The position numbers were made by a program, and so were the translations under genes. From the NCBI GenBank assembly GCA_023481175.1, contig JAMCWM010000012.1:1-64000 (forward strand): a stretch of DNA of 64,000 bases, written 5' to 3'. Source of the DNA: Nitrospirota bacterium (GTDB lineage: Bacteria > Nitrospirota > Leptospirillia > Leptospirillales > Leptospirillaceae). This document shows positions 37,760-47,975 of this stretch, one piece after another. The notes under the pieces are model-generated. The model was not told the DNA's origin. It did not search any database and saw only the letters and a list, made by a program, of their open reading frames with translations. Every line of letters starts with the position of its first letter. Position 1 is the first letter of the stretch.

Positions 37760-38353
37760 CTAGGGTTTCAGGGAGTCGAGCGCCAGGTTCAGTGTGAGGA
37801 CATTGACCCGAGATTCGCCGAACAGCCCCCATTGGGGTCCTTCGACACGGGAGAGCACCAGGGTCTTGAGGGCCGCCGGGTCCATGGATCGCGCATGGGC
37901 CACCCGGTTCACCTGAAGGAGGGCATTGGCCAGACTGATGTCGGGATCGAGACCCGATCCCGAGGCGGTGACCGCATCCGCGGGAACGGCCACGGTGGGG
38001 GGAAGCCCGTTTTCGTCGCGATAGGCCTTTGCCGCCGCGGTGACGGCCTTGATCTGGGCCCCGTTCGTCGGAGCGAGGTTCGAAGCCGACGAGAAGGCGG
38101 CGTCGTAGGGGACAGATCCCGACCCGGAGGGATCCGGCGTCGCCGACGGTCGCGGATGGAAGTACCGGGGTTGGGTGAAGGCCTGCCCGATGAGGGAGGA
38201 TCCGACCACCACCCCGTTTTTCGTCAGGAGGGACCCGTCGGCCTGGTGCGGGAACAGGAGGTGAGCGATCACATCCATGCCGATCGGGTAGGCGAATCCG
38301 GTGACGAGGACGAGAAGAAGCGTGGCCCTTACTGATGTACCAATGGTTTTCAT
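37760..38353 (-). CDS. kdpC: K+-transporting ATPase subunit KdpC
   Basis: MKTIGTSVRATLLLVLVTGFAYP ... VTASGSGLDPDIS ... RVNVLTLNLALD match KdpC along its whole length. Confidence 0.9.
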   Translation of the reverse strand: MKTIGTSVRATLLLVLVTGFAYPIGMDVIAHLLFPHQADGSLLTKNGVVVGSSLIGQAFTQPRYFHPRPSATPDPSGSGSVPYDAAFSSASNLAPTNGAQIKAVTAAAKAYRDENGLPPTVAVPADAVTASGSGLDPDISLANALLQVNRVAHARSMDPAALKTLVLSRVEGPQWGLFGESRVNVLTLNLALDSLKP

Positions 38354-38444
38354 GACGTCCTTTCCTTGTGACTGGCGGCGGCGGGGGGACCCGCCCCCGC
38401 GCCTTCGTTCGTTTCGGCGGAGAGTTCCCGTCCCTTCCGTGGGA

Positions 38445-40148
38445 TCAGAACGACACGCCGTGCAAAAGCGACAGCTGTTCGAGGATCGGCCCCAGCATCA
38501 GGGCCGGGAAAAAGGTCAGGAGCCCGACCATCAGCATGAATCCCAAAAGAAGGACCACAAAGAGAGGCGTGTCGGTCTGAAGGGTTCCCGCCGTCTCGGG
38601 ATGGGTCCGCTTCCTGGCGAGGGACCCGGCCAGGGCCAGAAGGGGAAGAAGAGGCAGGTATCGCCCCAGCAGCATCTCGATGCCGATCGAGTCGGCGTAG
38701 AACGGGGTGAAGACAGTGAGGCCGGCCATGGCCGAGCCGTTGTTGGCATTTCCGGAGGAGAAGGCATAGAGGACCTCCTCGAATCCATGGGGGCCGGGAT
38801 TGTCGATCGTGCTTGTCCCGACGGTCGTCGTCACCCCCACGGCCGTGAGACCGAGGACCAGGAGGGGAGTCACGATCAGGGCCAGGGCCGCGAGCTTGAT
38901 CTCGCGGGATTCGAGCTTCTTTCCCAGGAATTCCGGCGTGCGTCCGACCATCAGCCCTGCCAGGAATATCGCGAGAATCGCCTCCTTCAGAAGTCCTGCG
39001 AAGCCCACTCCCTTCCCGCCCGGTTCCTCGTTGAGCCACATGTGGGAGAAGTAAACCATGAGGCTCGAGGGAGACATGCTGTCCATGGCGGCGTCCACGG
39101 CGCCGGTGGTGGCGGCGATCGTCGTGTTGGAGAAGAGGCTGGTCTGGGTGATGCCGAACCGGACCTCCTTGCCTTCGGTGTTTCCCCCGGACTGAAGGGG
39201 GCCCGGCGCCTGTGCGACTCCGGCCACCGACAGAAGAGGATTCGGCGCTTTTTCGAAGGTTTCGATCACGGCGAATCCCCCCCCGTAAAGAATCATGATC
39301 ACGGCGAAGAGGGCCCAGGCCTGACGCGGCCGCCGGGTCAGACGCCCGAAGAGGAAGGGGAGGGAGGCCGTGAAGACCAGCATCCCGAGGAATTCGAGCG
39401 TGTTCGAAAAAGGGGTCGGGTTTTCGAAAGGATGGGCTCCGTTGGCGTTATAGAAGCCCCCGCCGTTCGTCCCCAGGTTTTTCACGGATTCGAGGGAGGC
39501 GACGGGGCCCAGGACGATCGTCTGGGTTCCCCCTTCCAGGGGGTGGGCCACCACCGATGTCGCGAGCGTCTGGGGGCATCCCTGCCAGACGAGGACGAGG
39601 CCCAGGATGACGCAGGAGGGAAGAAAGGCCCGGACGAAGAAGCGGAAGAAGTCGTCCCAGAAATTTCCGATCGTCGACGCCCCCGACCGGGTAAAGCCCC
39701 GGAGGATGGCGACCAGTGCCGCGATTCCGGTGTTGGCCCCCACGAACATCAGGAAGACGATGGGGACCATCTGGGAGAAGTTCGACAGCTGGGCCTCTCC
39801 GGCATAGGCCTGCCAGTTGGTGTTGGTGACGAAGGAGGCGGCCGTGTTGAAGGTGACCTCCGGCGTGAGGGCGGCAAGGTGGCGGGGATTCAGGGGAAGG
39901 TGTCCCTGGGCCCACAGGAGGAGGTAGCCCGCCGCGAAAAAGATCGCGTTCGCGACGAGGAGGGTCGTCCCATATTCGCGCCATCCCATCTCCCGGTCGG
40001 GGTCGGAGCCGATCGCCCGGAAGATCCAGCGTTCGGGGGCAATGCGGGGGCTTGTGAAGACCCATGCGAGATAGCGCCCCACGAAGGGGGCCATCGCGCC
40101 GATGGCCAGGAAGGCCAGAAGGATTTGAATGAAGTCATGGGCTGTCAT
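38445..40148 (-). CDS. kdpA: K+-transporting ATPase subunit KdpA
   Basis: 567 aa. MTAHDFIQILLAFLAIG ..., NTNWQAYAGE, GTNGGGF are KdpA selectivity-filter-like motifs. Confidence 0.93.
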   Translation of the reverse strand: MTAHDFIQILLAFLAIGAMAPFVGRYLAWVFTSPRIAPERWIFRAIGSDPDREMGWREYGTTLLVANAIFFAAGYLLLWAQGHLPLNPRHLAALTPEVTFNTAASFVTNTNWQAYAGEAQLSNFSQMVPIVFLMFVGANTGIAALVAILRGFTRSGASTIGNFWDDFFRFFVRAFLPSCVILGLVLVWQGCPQTLATSVVAHPLEGGTQTIVLGPVASLESVKNLGTNGGGFYNANGAHPFENPTPFSNTLEFLGMLVFTASLPFLFGRLTRRPRQAWALFAVIMILYGGGFAVIETFEKAPNPLLSVAGVAQAPGPLQSGGNTEGKEVRFGITQTSLFSNTTIAATTGAVDAAMDSMSPSSLMVYFSHMWLNEEPGGKGVGFAGLLKEAILAIFLAGLMVGRTPEFLGKKLESREIKLAALALIVTPLLVLGLTAVGVTTTVGTSTIDNPGPHGFEEVLYAFSSGNANNGSAMAGLTVFTPFYADSIGIEMLLGRYLPLLPLLALAGSLARKRTHPETAGTLQTDTPLFVVLLLGFMLMVGLLTFFPALMLGPILEQLSLLHGVSF

Positions 40149-40149
40149 G

Positions 40150-40236
40150 TCAGAGCTTCTCCGCGTTTAGGAGGGTCCAGAAGAGATAGAGAGTCAGGAA
40201 AAACGTCAAAAGTCCCAGAAAAATCCAGAGCGTCAC
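40150..40236 (-). CDS. kdpF: KdpF-like small hydrophobic peptide (28 aa)
   Basis: VTLWIFLGLLTFFLTLYLFWTLLNAEKL. GGAGGGA RBS, GTG start. Its stop lies 1 nt before the kdpA ATG. LNAEKL resembles the KdpF LINAEAF tail. Confidence 0.6.
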   Translation of the reverse strand: MTLWIFLGLLTFFLTLYLFWTLLNAEKL

Positions 40237-40245
40237 GGGTCCCTC

Positions 40246-40326
40246 CTATATCCGCCCGAGGGCGGCGATAAAGGCGGCGAGGAGTCCGAAGATTCCCAGA
40301 CCCACCAGAAGGTAGACTGTCATCAT
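40246..40326 (-). CDS. Second small hydrophobic peptide (26 aa) upstream of kdpF
   Basis: MMTVYLLVGLGIFGLLAAFIAALGRI. AAGGA lies 9 nt upstream. Its stop overlaps the kdpF RBS. Confidence 0.35.
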   Translation of the reverse strand: MMTVYLLVGLGIFGLLAAFIAALGRI

Positions 40327-40389
40327 GGTCGATCGTCCTTTTCTTTTCGTGAAATCGTTTCGATCCTCCGTGCCAAACCCACGGCTCTG

Positions 40390-42402
40390 TCAGCTGAAAT
40401 GCAGGAGCGCGAGCGCCATGTCGATCAGCTTGATGCCCAGGAACGGCACGAGGATCCCTCCGAGGCCGTAGACGAGAAGGTTGCGGCGCAGGAGCGCCGC
40501 GGCCCCCAGCGGCCGGTAGCGGACCCCCTTGAGGGCGAGCGGGATCAGGGCCGGGATGATGAGGGCGTTGAAAATGATGGCCGAGGTGACCGCCGACACG
40601 GGGGTGGAGAGCCTCATGACGTTCAGGACCCCCAGCTGGGGAAAGCTCGCCACGAACATGGCCGGAAGGATGGCGAAGTACTTGGCCACGTCATTCGCCA
40701 CCGAAAAGGTCGTCAGGGCGCCCCGGGTGATCAGGAGCTGCTTGCCGATCTCCACGACCTCGATGATCTTGGTCGGATCGGAGTCGAGGTCGACCATGTT
40801 TCCCGCCTCTTTGGCCGCCTGTGTTCCCGAATTCATCGCCAGGGCCACGTCGGCCTGGGCCAGCGAGGGGGCGTCGTTGGTCCCGTCTCCGCTCATGGCC
40901 ACAAGACGGCCTTTTTCCTGCTCCTTCTTGATCAGGGCCATCTTGTCCTCGGGCCGGGCCTGGGCGAAATAGTCGTCGATGCCCGCCTCCCGGGCGATGG
41001 AGCGGGCGGTGAGGGGATTGTCGCCCGTCACCATCACCGTCGCGACTCCCATCTTCCTGAGCCGCGCGAACCGTTCGGTGAGCCCCGGCTTGATGACATC
41101 CTTCAGATGGATGACGCCAAGGATCGTCTTGTCCCGGCTCACGACCAGGGGGGTCCCTCCGGATTCGGCGATGCCCGACACGGCCGCCTTGAGCTCCGGA
41201 AGCAGGGGATGGCCGATGAAGGCCTCCATCGCGTCTTCGGAGCCTTTTCGGAAGGAGCCTTCCGGGGTGTCCGCCCCGCTCATGCGGGTCTCGGGGGTAA
41301 AGGGAACCGGATCGATCTTCTCCGGAAGGGCGGGTGTTCCGGGAAGAAGGCTCGCAGCCAGGGCGAGGGTGCTTTTCCCTTCGGGGGTCGTGTCCTTCTG
41401 GGAGGCCAGGAGGCAGGCCCGGGCCAGATCCTCGGGGGAGACGCCCGGCGCCGGGAGGAGCTGGACGGCCTGGCGATTTCCGAAGGTGATGGTCCCGGTC
41501 TTGTCGAGGAGAAGGAGGTCGATGTCCCCGGCCACCTCGACCGCCTTGCCGGACTTGGCGACGACATTGGCCCGGAAGGCCCGGTCGATGCCGGCGATCC
41601 CGATGGCCGGAAGGAGGCCCGCGATCGTCGTGGGGATGAGGCAGACCAGAAGGGCGATCAGGACGGTCGGACTTGTCGGGGTCTTGGCGTACGCCGAGAA
41701 GGCCGGCAGGGCGGCCACCACCACCAGGAATATCAGGGTCAGCCCGATCAGGAGGATGGAAAGGGCGATCTCGTTGGGGGACTTTTTCCGGGTCGCCCCT
41801 TCCACGAGGGCGATCATCCGGTCGAGAAAGGTCTCCCCCGGGTTGGAGGAAACAGCAACGCGGATTTCTCCCGCCAGAATGCGCGTTCCCCCCGTCACCC
41901 CCGACCGGTCGCCGCCGGCTTCGCGGATGACCGGGGCCGACTCTCCCGTGATGGCGGACTCGTCGATGCTGGCGATCCCTTCCAGGATCTCCCCGTCGGT
42001 CGGGACGATCTCCCCCGGAGACAGGAGGAACTGGTCCCATTTCTTGAGGGAGGAGCCGGGAACGCGCCGGGTCTCCTGGCCCACGACCAGCCGGGCCTGG
42101 ACCTCGGAGCGGGTCGTCCGGAGGCTTTCGGCCTGGGCCTTGCCCTGGAACTCGGCCAGGGATTCGGAGAAATTCGCGAAAAGGATGGTCAGCCAGAGCC
42201 AGACCGAGATGACGCCCGCGAAGAGGGCCTCTCCCGTGTGATGGAGAAAGCCCAAGACGCAAAAGACGGTCGTCAGAAGACTTCCGATCTCGACGATGAA
42301 CATGACGGGGTTTCTGGCCAGGGTCTTCGGGTTCAGCATGACGAAGGAGCGCACAAGGGCCCGCCGGTAGGTTTCCGGGCTGATCGACACGGTTTTTTTC
42401 AT
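40390..42402 (-). CDS. kdpB: K+-transporting P-type ATPase subunit KdpB
   Basis: DKTGTIT phosphorylation motif, TGD and [15 protein letters not shown] motifs. 670 aa. Confidence 0.93.
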   Translation of the reverse strand: MKKTVSISPETYRRALVRSFVMLNPKTLARNPVMFIVEIGSLLTTVFCVLGFLHHTGEALFAGVISVWLWLTILFANFSESLAEFQGKAQAESLRTTRSEVQARLVVGQETRRVPGSSLKKWDQFLLSPGEIVPTDGEILEGIASIDESAITGESAPVIREAGGDRSGVTGGTRILAGEIRVAVSSNPGETFLDRMIALVEGATRKKSPNEIALSILLIGLTLIFLVVVAALPAFSAYAKTPTSPTVLIALLVCLIPTTIAGLLPAIGIAGIDRAFRANVVAKSGKAVEVAGDIDLLLLDKTGTITFGNRQAVQLLPAPGVSPEDLARACLLASQKDTTPEGKSTLALAASLLPGTPALPEKIDPVPFTPETRMSGADTPEGSFRKGSEDAMEAFIGHPLLPELKAAVSGIAESGGTPLVVSRDKTILGVIHLKDVIKPGLTERFARLRKMGVATVMVTGDNPLTARSIAREAGIDDYFAQARPEDKMALIKKEQEKGRLVAMSGDGTNDAPSLAQADVALAMNSGTQAAKEAGNMVDLDSDPTKIIEVVEIGKQLLITRGALTTFSVANDVAKYFAILPAMFVASFPQLGVLNVMRLSTPVSAVTSAIIFNALIIPALIPLALKGVRYRPLGAAALLRRNLLVYGLGGILVPFLGIKLIDMALALLHFS

Positions 42403-42584
42403 CGGTAATCCTCAGGTTGATCGGTCGTGACAGATGACCTTACGGTTATAGCCCGAAGGGAAAGGCTCCGGCAATTGGCCGGACGGAGACGTCAGGTTGG
42501 CCAACCGGCCAGTCGGAAGCCTCCCCCCTCCTGTCGTATCATCAGGACAGGGCAGAAACGCAGTGTCGGAGGAGGGAGGGGAGC

Positions 42585-44822
42585 ATGGAGGAGCGGACGG
42601 AGGAGGGGAGACCCGGGCATGGCGGAGACGGGGAGGCCTTCCGGGGGGTCGGCCGGGGCCGTCTCAAGATCTACCTGGGGTGGGCGCCCGGCATCGGCAA
42701 GACCCGGCGGGCCCTTCTCGACGCCCGGGCGATGGCCGTCCAGGGGGTCGACATCGTCCTCGGATGGCTGGAAGAGAAGGGGCGTCCGGACCTTTCGGAG
42801 CTGGCCCGGGGTCTGGAGCGGATCCCTCCGAAGACCCTGATGCGCTCGGGAGTCGCCGTTTCGGATCTCGACGTCGAGGCCGTTCTCCGGCGCCGTCCGG
42901 CGACCCTCCTGGTCGACGAGCTGGCCCGGACCGGGGGGCTTCCCGGAATGGGGCCCCGGTGGCAGACGATCGAAGGGCTCCTGGAGCAGGGCATCAGTGT
43001 CGTGACGACCCTGAATGCCCTGCATATTTCGGAGCTCGCGGGACCGTCCTCCCAGATCCTGGGACATCCGGTCCGGGAAATCGTGCCGGTGGACTTCGTG
43101 AGAAGAGCCGACGAACTGGTCCTGGTCGATCTCCCGCCGTCGGAGCTGGTCGCCCGGATCCGGTCCGGAGGGGTGTTCGGGGCCGGTCCGGACCCCTCTG
43201 TCCGATCCCCCCTCTTTTCGGAGAGCACCCTGAACCGGCTGCGGGACATGACCCTCCAGTTCGCGACCAAGGTTCTCGACGCCCGGCTGACGCGGGCCGG
43301 CGGAGAGAAGGGAATCTTCGAACGGGTGACCGTCCTGGTGTCCGACCACCCGGAGGCCTTCCGGACCCTTCTCGAGTATGGCGGCACCCTGGCCCGGAGG
43401 CTGGGGGGCGAGCTTCTTGTCCTCCATCTCGAAAAGGTTCCGCTGTGGGGCCGGTGGTTCGTCCCGGAGCGCCCCTTCCCGGACGCCTTCCGGAGGATGG
43501 TCCGGGAGGCCGGCGGCAAGCTGTCGGTCCTCCGCACCCGCCAGGTGGCCTGGACCCTCTGGCGCTTCATCGAAAGGACCCGGACGACCCGGGTGGTCCT
43601 GGGCCATGCGGGGACCCTCCACCCCTGGCGGAAATCTCTCGTCCGCTCCGTCCTTCGCCACTTTCCCCGGATCGATGTCGAGGTCTCCCTGGTTCCGACC
43701 CTTCATCCCGTTTTTCCGGACCTGGGAGGCTCTCCGGCCGGGCCGAGCCAGGCGACGGAGCGGGCGGTCCCCGCCCCCGCCCCCGGCCGCGGACGATTTA
43801 CGCTTTTTCTCGGGGCCGCGGCCGGGATCGGGAAGACCTACCGGATGCTGCAGGTGGCCCGGGAGCGTCAGGCGGCGGGGATCCGGGTGGTGGTGGGCTT
43901 TCTTGAGACCCATGGCCGGCGGGAGACGGAGGAGATGGCCCGCGGCCTTCCGTCTCTTCCCCGAAAACGGGTCCCCTACCGGGGGCTTCTCCTGGAGGAA
44001 ATGGATCTCGAAGGACTTCTTTCCGTCCGCCCGGAACTCGTCCTGGTCGACGAGCTCGCCCATACCAACCCCCCGGGATTCCCCTCGAAAAAGCGCTACG
44101 AGGATGTCCTGCGCCTTCTGGAGGCGGGGATCGATGTCTTCTCGACCCTCAATGTGCAGCACGTCGAGAGCCTCAACGACCTGGTCGAGCTCCAGACCGG
44201 CATCCGCGTCCGGGAGACGGTCCCCGACACCATGGTGGCCGGGGCGGACGACCTGGTCCTGGTCGACCTCACCCCCGAAGAGCTTCAGACGCGACTTCTG
44301 GAAGGGAAGGTCTATCCTCCGGAGAAGGTGGAGAGCTCCCTCGCGAACTTTTTCACGACGAAAAACCTGACGGCGCTCCGGGAGTTCGCCCTGACCTCGG
44401 CGCTTCGCTCCGGGGGCTACCCGGGGAGAATCGCTCCCCGGGGGGGGACGCTTCTTGTGGGCGTCTCCGCACGGGCGGAAGACCAGGCCCTCGTCCGGCG
44501 AGGAGCGAGGATCGCGGAGCGCCTCGGGCTGAGGCTCCTGGTCCTCTTTGTACGGACGGAGGGGGCCGACGGAGAGGAGGAGACCGGAGCGCTCGGGCGG
44601 CTGGTCTCCTCCCTCGGGGGCGAGTTCCGGGTCGAGAGCCGCCCCTCCTGGGAGGGGCCTTTCGTCGAGAGATGCCAGGAGATCCGTCCCGCCCTCGTCC
44701 TTCTCGGACAATCGGCCTGGCGCCCGGGAAACGAGTCCACGGCGGAAAAGATCGCCCGGAAGCTGACCTCCTTTCCGCTCCTGATCGTTCCGGTCGACAT
44801 CCGGAAACACCGGACGGGGTAA
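42585..44822 (+). CDS. Tandem KdpD N-terminal sensor (KdpD-N) + Usp modules, no TM or kinase domains
   Basis: RLKIYLGWAPGIGKTRRALLDARAMAVQGVDIVLGWLEEKGRPD at residues about 25-70. It repeats as RFTLFLGAAAGIGKTYRMLQVARERQAAGIRVVVGFLETHGRRET at about 405-450. Each repeat is followed by a Usp-like region. No HisKA/HATPase motifs are present. Confidence 0.8.
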   Translation: MEERTEEGRPGHGGDGEAFRGVGRGRLKIYLGWAPGIGKTRRALLDARAMAVQGVDIVLGWLEEKGRPDLSELARGLERIPPKTLMRSGVAVSDLDVEAVLRRRPATLLVDELARTGGLPGMGPRWQTIEGLLEQGISVVTTLNALHISELAGPSSQILGHPVREIVPVDFVRRADELVLVDLPPSELVARIRSGGVFGAGPDPSVRSPLFSESTLNRLRDMTLQFATKVLDARLTRAGGEKGIFERVTVLVSDHPEAFRTLLEYGGTLARRLGGELLVLHLEKVPLWGRWFVPERPFPDAFRRMVREAGGKLSVLRTRQVAWTLWRFIERTRTTRVVLGHAGTLHPWRKSLVRSVLRHFPRIDVEVSLVPTLHPVFPDLGGSPAGPSQATERAVPAPAPGRGRFTLFLGAAAGIGKTYRMLQVARERQAAGIRVVVGFLETHGRRETEEMARGLPSLPRKRVPYRGLLLEEMDLEGLLSVRPELVLVDELAHTNPPGFPSKKRYEDVLRLLEAGIDVFSTLNVQHVESLNDLVELQTGIRVRETVPDTMVAGADDLVLVDLTPEELQTRLLEGKVYPPEKVESSLANFFTTKNLTALREFALTSALRSGGYPGRIAPRGGTLLVGVSARAEDQALVRRGARIAERLGLRLLVLFVRTEGADGEEETGALGRLVSSLGGEFRVESRPSWEGPFVERCQEIRPALVLLGQSAWRPGNESTAEKIARKLTSFPLLIVPVDIRKHRTG

Positions 44823-44876
44823 GCCCGGTCGTCCGGGGGGCTCCCCCCGGGCGGGGCCTTGACCCCCTCCCTCCTC

Positions 44877-44892
44877 TGTCCGAAACCAGACA
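44877..44892 (+). promoter_or_regulatory. TGT-N10-ACA (NifA-type upstream activator sequence) upstream of the MOT1 gene
   Basis: TGTCCGAAACCAGACA at 44877-44892, about 80 bp upstream of the -24/-12 element. Confidence 0.4.
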
Positions 44893-44969
44893 CAAACGCC
44901 CCACTTCCGGTCTCTTTCGCCTCCCGGCCTCCCTTTCCCCGATCGGGAGCGGGCGGGCCGATTCCGGTG

Positions 44970-44984
44970 TGGCATCCAAATTGC
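44970..44984 (+). promoter_or_regulatory. Sigma-54 (-24/-12) promoter TGGCAT-N5-TTGC upstream of the MOT1 gene
   Basis: TGGCATCCAAATTGC. GG and GC spacing is correct. About 155 bp upstream of ATG 45139. Confidence 0.55.
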
Positions 44985-45138
44985 TTTTCTTCGAGCGGGT
45001 CCTCTGGCTGACGAAAGCCTGAGCCCGTCACTTCCGGAACCCCGGTTCCGCGGTCCACAAAATTCCTGTCCCTGTCCGTCTGGTCCCATTTCAAAAAGCG
45101 AAGGAGCGGCGTCCCCCTTTACGGGGACAATAATAGCG

Positions 45139-46623
45139 ATGAACGGCGTGCGTGCGTGCTTGAAACGGATTATGGGTCCGGAGGCGTTCCGGGCGGAGGA
45201 GCTCTGGGGGTCTCTCTTCGATCTCTGGTTCCTGCTCCCCATGGTCGGGGTGATGGTCGGATCGGAGCGGGGCGGAAATGCCCTGGCCATGGGGCGCGAC
45301 CTGATTTTCATGGGGGGAGCCTGGCTCCTGTCGGCCGTCCTTTTCCGCACCTCCCTCCCCCTCCAGCCTCTCAAGGTCTGGGCCTTTCTCTTCCTGATCC
45401 TGCATCCCTCCCCGCTGGCGGTTTCCCTCTCGGGCGTCCTTCTCGGGGGGCTGATCTTCCTGTCCGGACAGGCCGGACTCGTCCGCCGGCTCGAAGAGAC
45501 CCTTTCTCCGAGCGCCTTCGACAGGATCCGGCGGGGGGTCGGATTCTACGTCCGTGGCGTGGCCTTCCTTTCGATGGCCCTGGTCCTCCTGCGGCACTGT
45601 CCGGGACTTCTTCCCGCCGGAGCCTTTTCCGCCTGGCCGATTCCGGGCGAAGGCTTCTCCGGCCTCTTCGTCCCGGTCCTCCTCCTGGTCCTTCCGCAGC
45701 TTCCGGTGACTCTGGTCAACGGCCTGGTCTCGACGGTCCGGGAGCGTCGGGAGGCGGCCTCCCCGTCGTCCGGCGCGGGAACGACTCTGACGGGACGCCG
45801 CCTTTCCCGATGGGTCGGTCTGGCCGACCTTGTGGCGGGGGCCGCGGGCCTCCTTCCCTTTTGCCACGGCTCCGGCAATCTGTGGGTCTATCGCCGCCAC
45901 GCCATCCGCTCGCTCCTGCCCTCCCTCGCCTCGTCCCTGGTCCTGATCGGATTGGGATCGGCCCTTTCCCGGGGACTCCTGCCCCTTCCCTCCATGGCCC
46001 TCTCCGGCGGCCTCCTGGCGGGATTTCTGGCGGCAGAATTCTTCCTGAAGGGAGAGAAAAAGCGGGCGGTCGGCCCGAGGGGGGAGGAACATCCCCTCTC
46101 CGGTCTTCTCGAATTCTGGGCCATGGCCGGAGGGGCGGTTTCCGCAAGCCTCCTTCTGGGAGGGCTCCCCCTTCTTCTGGTCTTTCTCCTGGGGGTGAAC
46201 GCGGCGCTGGCCGTCCCGGCGAAAGACAAGGGGAGCCGGCCCGGCGTCGGCCTTTTTCCGGCCGGGGGGACTCCGGAGGCGGGCTCCGGAGGGACCTCGG
46301 TCCTTCCCTGCCGGACCCTTTCCCCGCTGACGGGGACGCTTTCCGCCCACCCGGAGATTCTGCCTCTCTCCTCCACACCGGACCCCGGAGTCGATCCCTC
46401 TTTCGCGCTCGTTGTTCCGGCGGACCCGGAACGGATTGTTGAGGCGTTCCGGGAAAGATTCTTCCGGCGGCCCCGGGAGATCCCGGACGACCTCGTGCTC
46501 CCGATCCTCCTCCTTCTGTTTGCCTTCCCGGTCCCGACCGTCTTTTTGTCCCGTTCCTCATTCCGCCCCTTCTTTTTCCATCTGTCGGTTTTTGTCCTCC
46601 CTGGCCTGGCCCGGGCTCCCTAG
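45139..46623 (+). CDS. Polytopic membrane protein, putative MOT1-family (MFS-related) molybdate transporter
   Basis: Many TM helices. LLPFCHGSGNLWVYRRHAIRS resembles the MOT1 P-x-CHG-[AS]-G motif. A sigma-54/UAS promoter lies upstream and the gene sits next to the nif cluster. The family call is tentative. Confidence 0.5.
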   Translation: MNGVRACLKRIMGPEAFRAEELWGSLFDLWFLLPMVGVMVGSERGGNALAMGRDLIFMGGAWLLSAVLFRTSLPLQPLKVWAFLFLILHPSPLAVSLSGVLLGGLIFLSGQAGLVRRLEETLSPSAFDRIRRGVGFYVRGVAFLSMALVLLRHCPGLLPAGAFSAWPIPGEGFSGLFVPVLLLVLPQLPVTLVNGLVSTVRERREAASPSSGAGTTLTGRRLSRWVGLADLVAGAAGLLPFCHGSGNLWVYRRHAIRSLLPSLASSLVLIGLGSALSRGLLPLPSMALSGGLLAGFLAAEFFLKGEKKRAVGPRGEEHPLSGLLEFWAMAGGAVSASLLLGGLPLLLVFLLGVNAALAVPAKDKGSRPGVGLFPAGGTPEAGSGGTSVLPCRTLSPLTGTLSAHPEILPLSSTPDPGVDPSFALVVPADPERIVEAFRERFFRRPREIPDDLVLPILLLLFAFPVPTVFLSRSSFRPFFFHLSVFVLPGLARAP

Positions 46624-46697
46624 GGGACCTGCCTGTCCGTCCTTCACTCTTCTCAAACGACGTCAGGATCCACTTTCCAAACACGGGGAGCCTTCCA

Positions 46698-47830
46698 TGA
46701 AACGCCTGATTTCCGACCGAATCCGTCATGCCTGTCTCATGCTGTTTCCGATTCTCTGCCTTTTGTCGCCCCCGGAAGGAGAGGCCGCGTCTCCCTTCCT
46801 TGCCTCCGGCGGGAGCGCCTCCGGACAGGACTCCTCTCCGGCGGGGGACGGATTGTCCTCGAACGGCCCCGATGCCCTGGCCGCCTACCGGAGGATGTGG
46901 AACCCCCTGTCGGCCGGTCCCGAACTCATCCCGATGGCCGACACCGCCCCTCCGGGCGAATTTTACGTCCGTCCCTTTTTCTATGGCCAGTTCGTCCAGG
47001 GGGAGTACGGCGCCGGAGGAGGCGTCCACTCCCTCCCCAACGGGTTCTACGAGACCCAGCTCCTCTCGCTTGCGGAAATCGGCGTGGGGCTCAGCGACAA
47101 CGCCCAGTTCACGATCTTCCCCTCCATGGCCTCGGTCTGGTCCTCCTACGGCGGAGCCTTCACCGACGGCTCGGGCTTCTCCGACCTGACGATGGAGGTC
47201 AAGTACCGTTTCTATGTCCAGCATCCCGACCGCAAACTTCCCTCCATGGCCTTTGCCCTCCATCTCACCCTTCCCACCTCCGACTGGACCAACGCGCCGG
47301 TGGTGAAGGGAGGGTTGCCCCCCCTGGCCCGGATTCCCTCGACCCATTACGGGGCTCCGGCCCTGACGCCGGCGCTTCTGACCCGGTACATCGCCAAACC
47401 CTTCCGGTTTTATGCGGATTTTTTCTACACCTTCGACTTTCCCAACAACGGCACATTGCCGGGGGCCCCCGGGAAACCCCTCGTCCAGTACGGGGACATC
47501 GCCCAGTACCGGCTGGGGATCGAGAACATTGTCGACGACAGGACCGGGACGGGGTACATCCTCGAATTCGTCGGAATGTCCGGACTTCCGTTTTCCGTCG
47601 ACGGCCTCCCGGTGAACGGGCTTCCCGTGACGGCCAGCGGCCTCCATGTCGGCGCCTTCAACCTGTGGGGCCTTCAGCCCACCTTCGAAACCAACATCAC
47701 CCGGAACCTCGTCTTTTCGGTGGGAGTCCTCCTGCCGATCGCCGGAACGAACCAGTACCAGTCGATCAGTCCCAACCTGTCCCTCTACTGGTACTGGGGG
47801 CCGGACGGGGGAGAGGTCGTCGCCCGATAG
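46698..47830 (+). CDS. Outer-membrane beta-barrel protein (MetA/TodX-pathway-like transporter family candidate)
   Basis: MKRLISDRIRHACLMLFPILCLLSPPEGEA is a signal peptide. Beta-strand-rich body with aromatic girdle. RBS GGAG lies upstream. The upstream ORF extension was rejected. Confidence 0.65.
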
Positions 47831-47883
47831 AAGCGCGGGGGGAAGGCCCTCCCCTCATCCCCCCGCGATATTTGTCCGTGTTT

Positions 47884-47899
47884 TGTCCACATCCTGACA
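47884..47899 (+). promoter_or_regulatory. NifA-type UAS TGT-N10-ACA upstream of nifH
   Basis: TGTCCACATCCTGACA at 47884-47899, about 80 bp upstream of the sigma-54 element. Confidence 0.55.
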
Positions 47900-47975
47900 A
47901 ATGATGTCCGGCGGTCCGGGAGTATCCCGGAAGACGAAATTGCTCAAGTATTTTTAGCTTAATATTTTTTTATTT

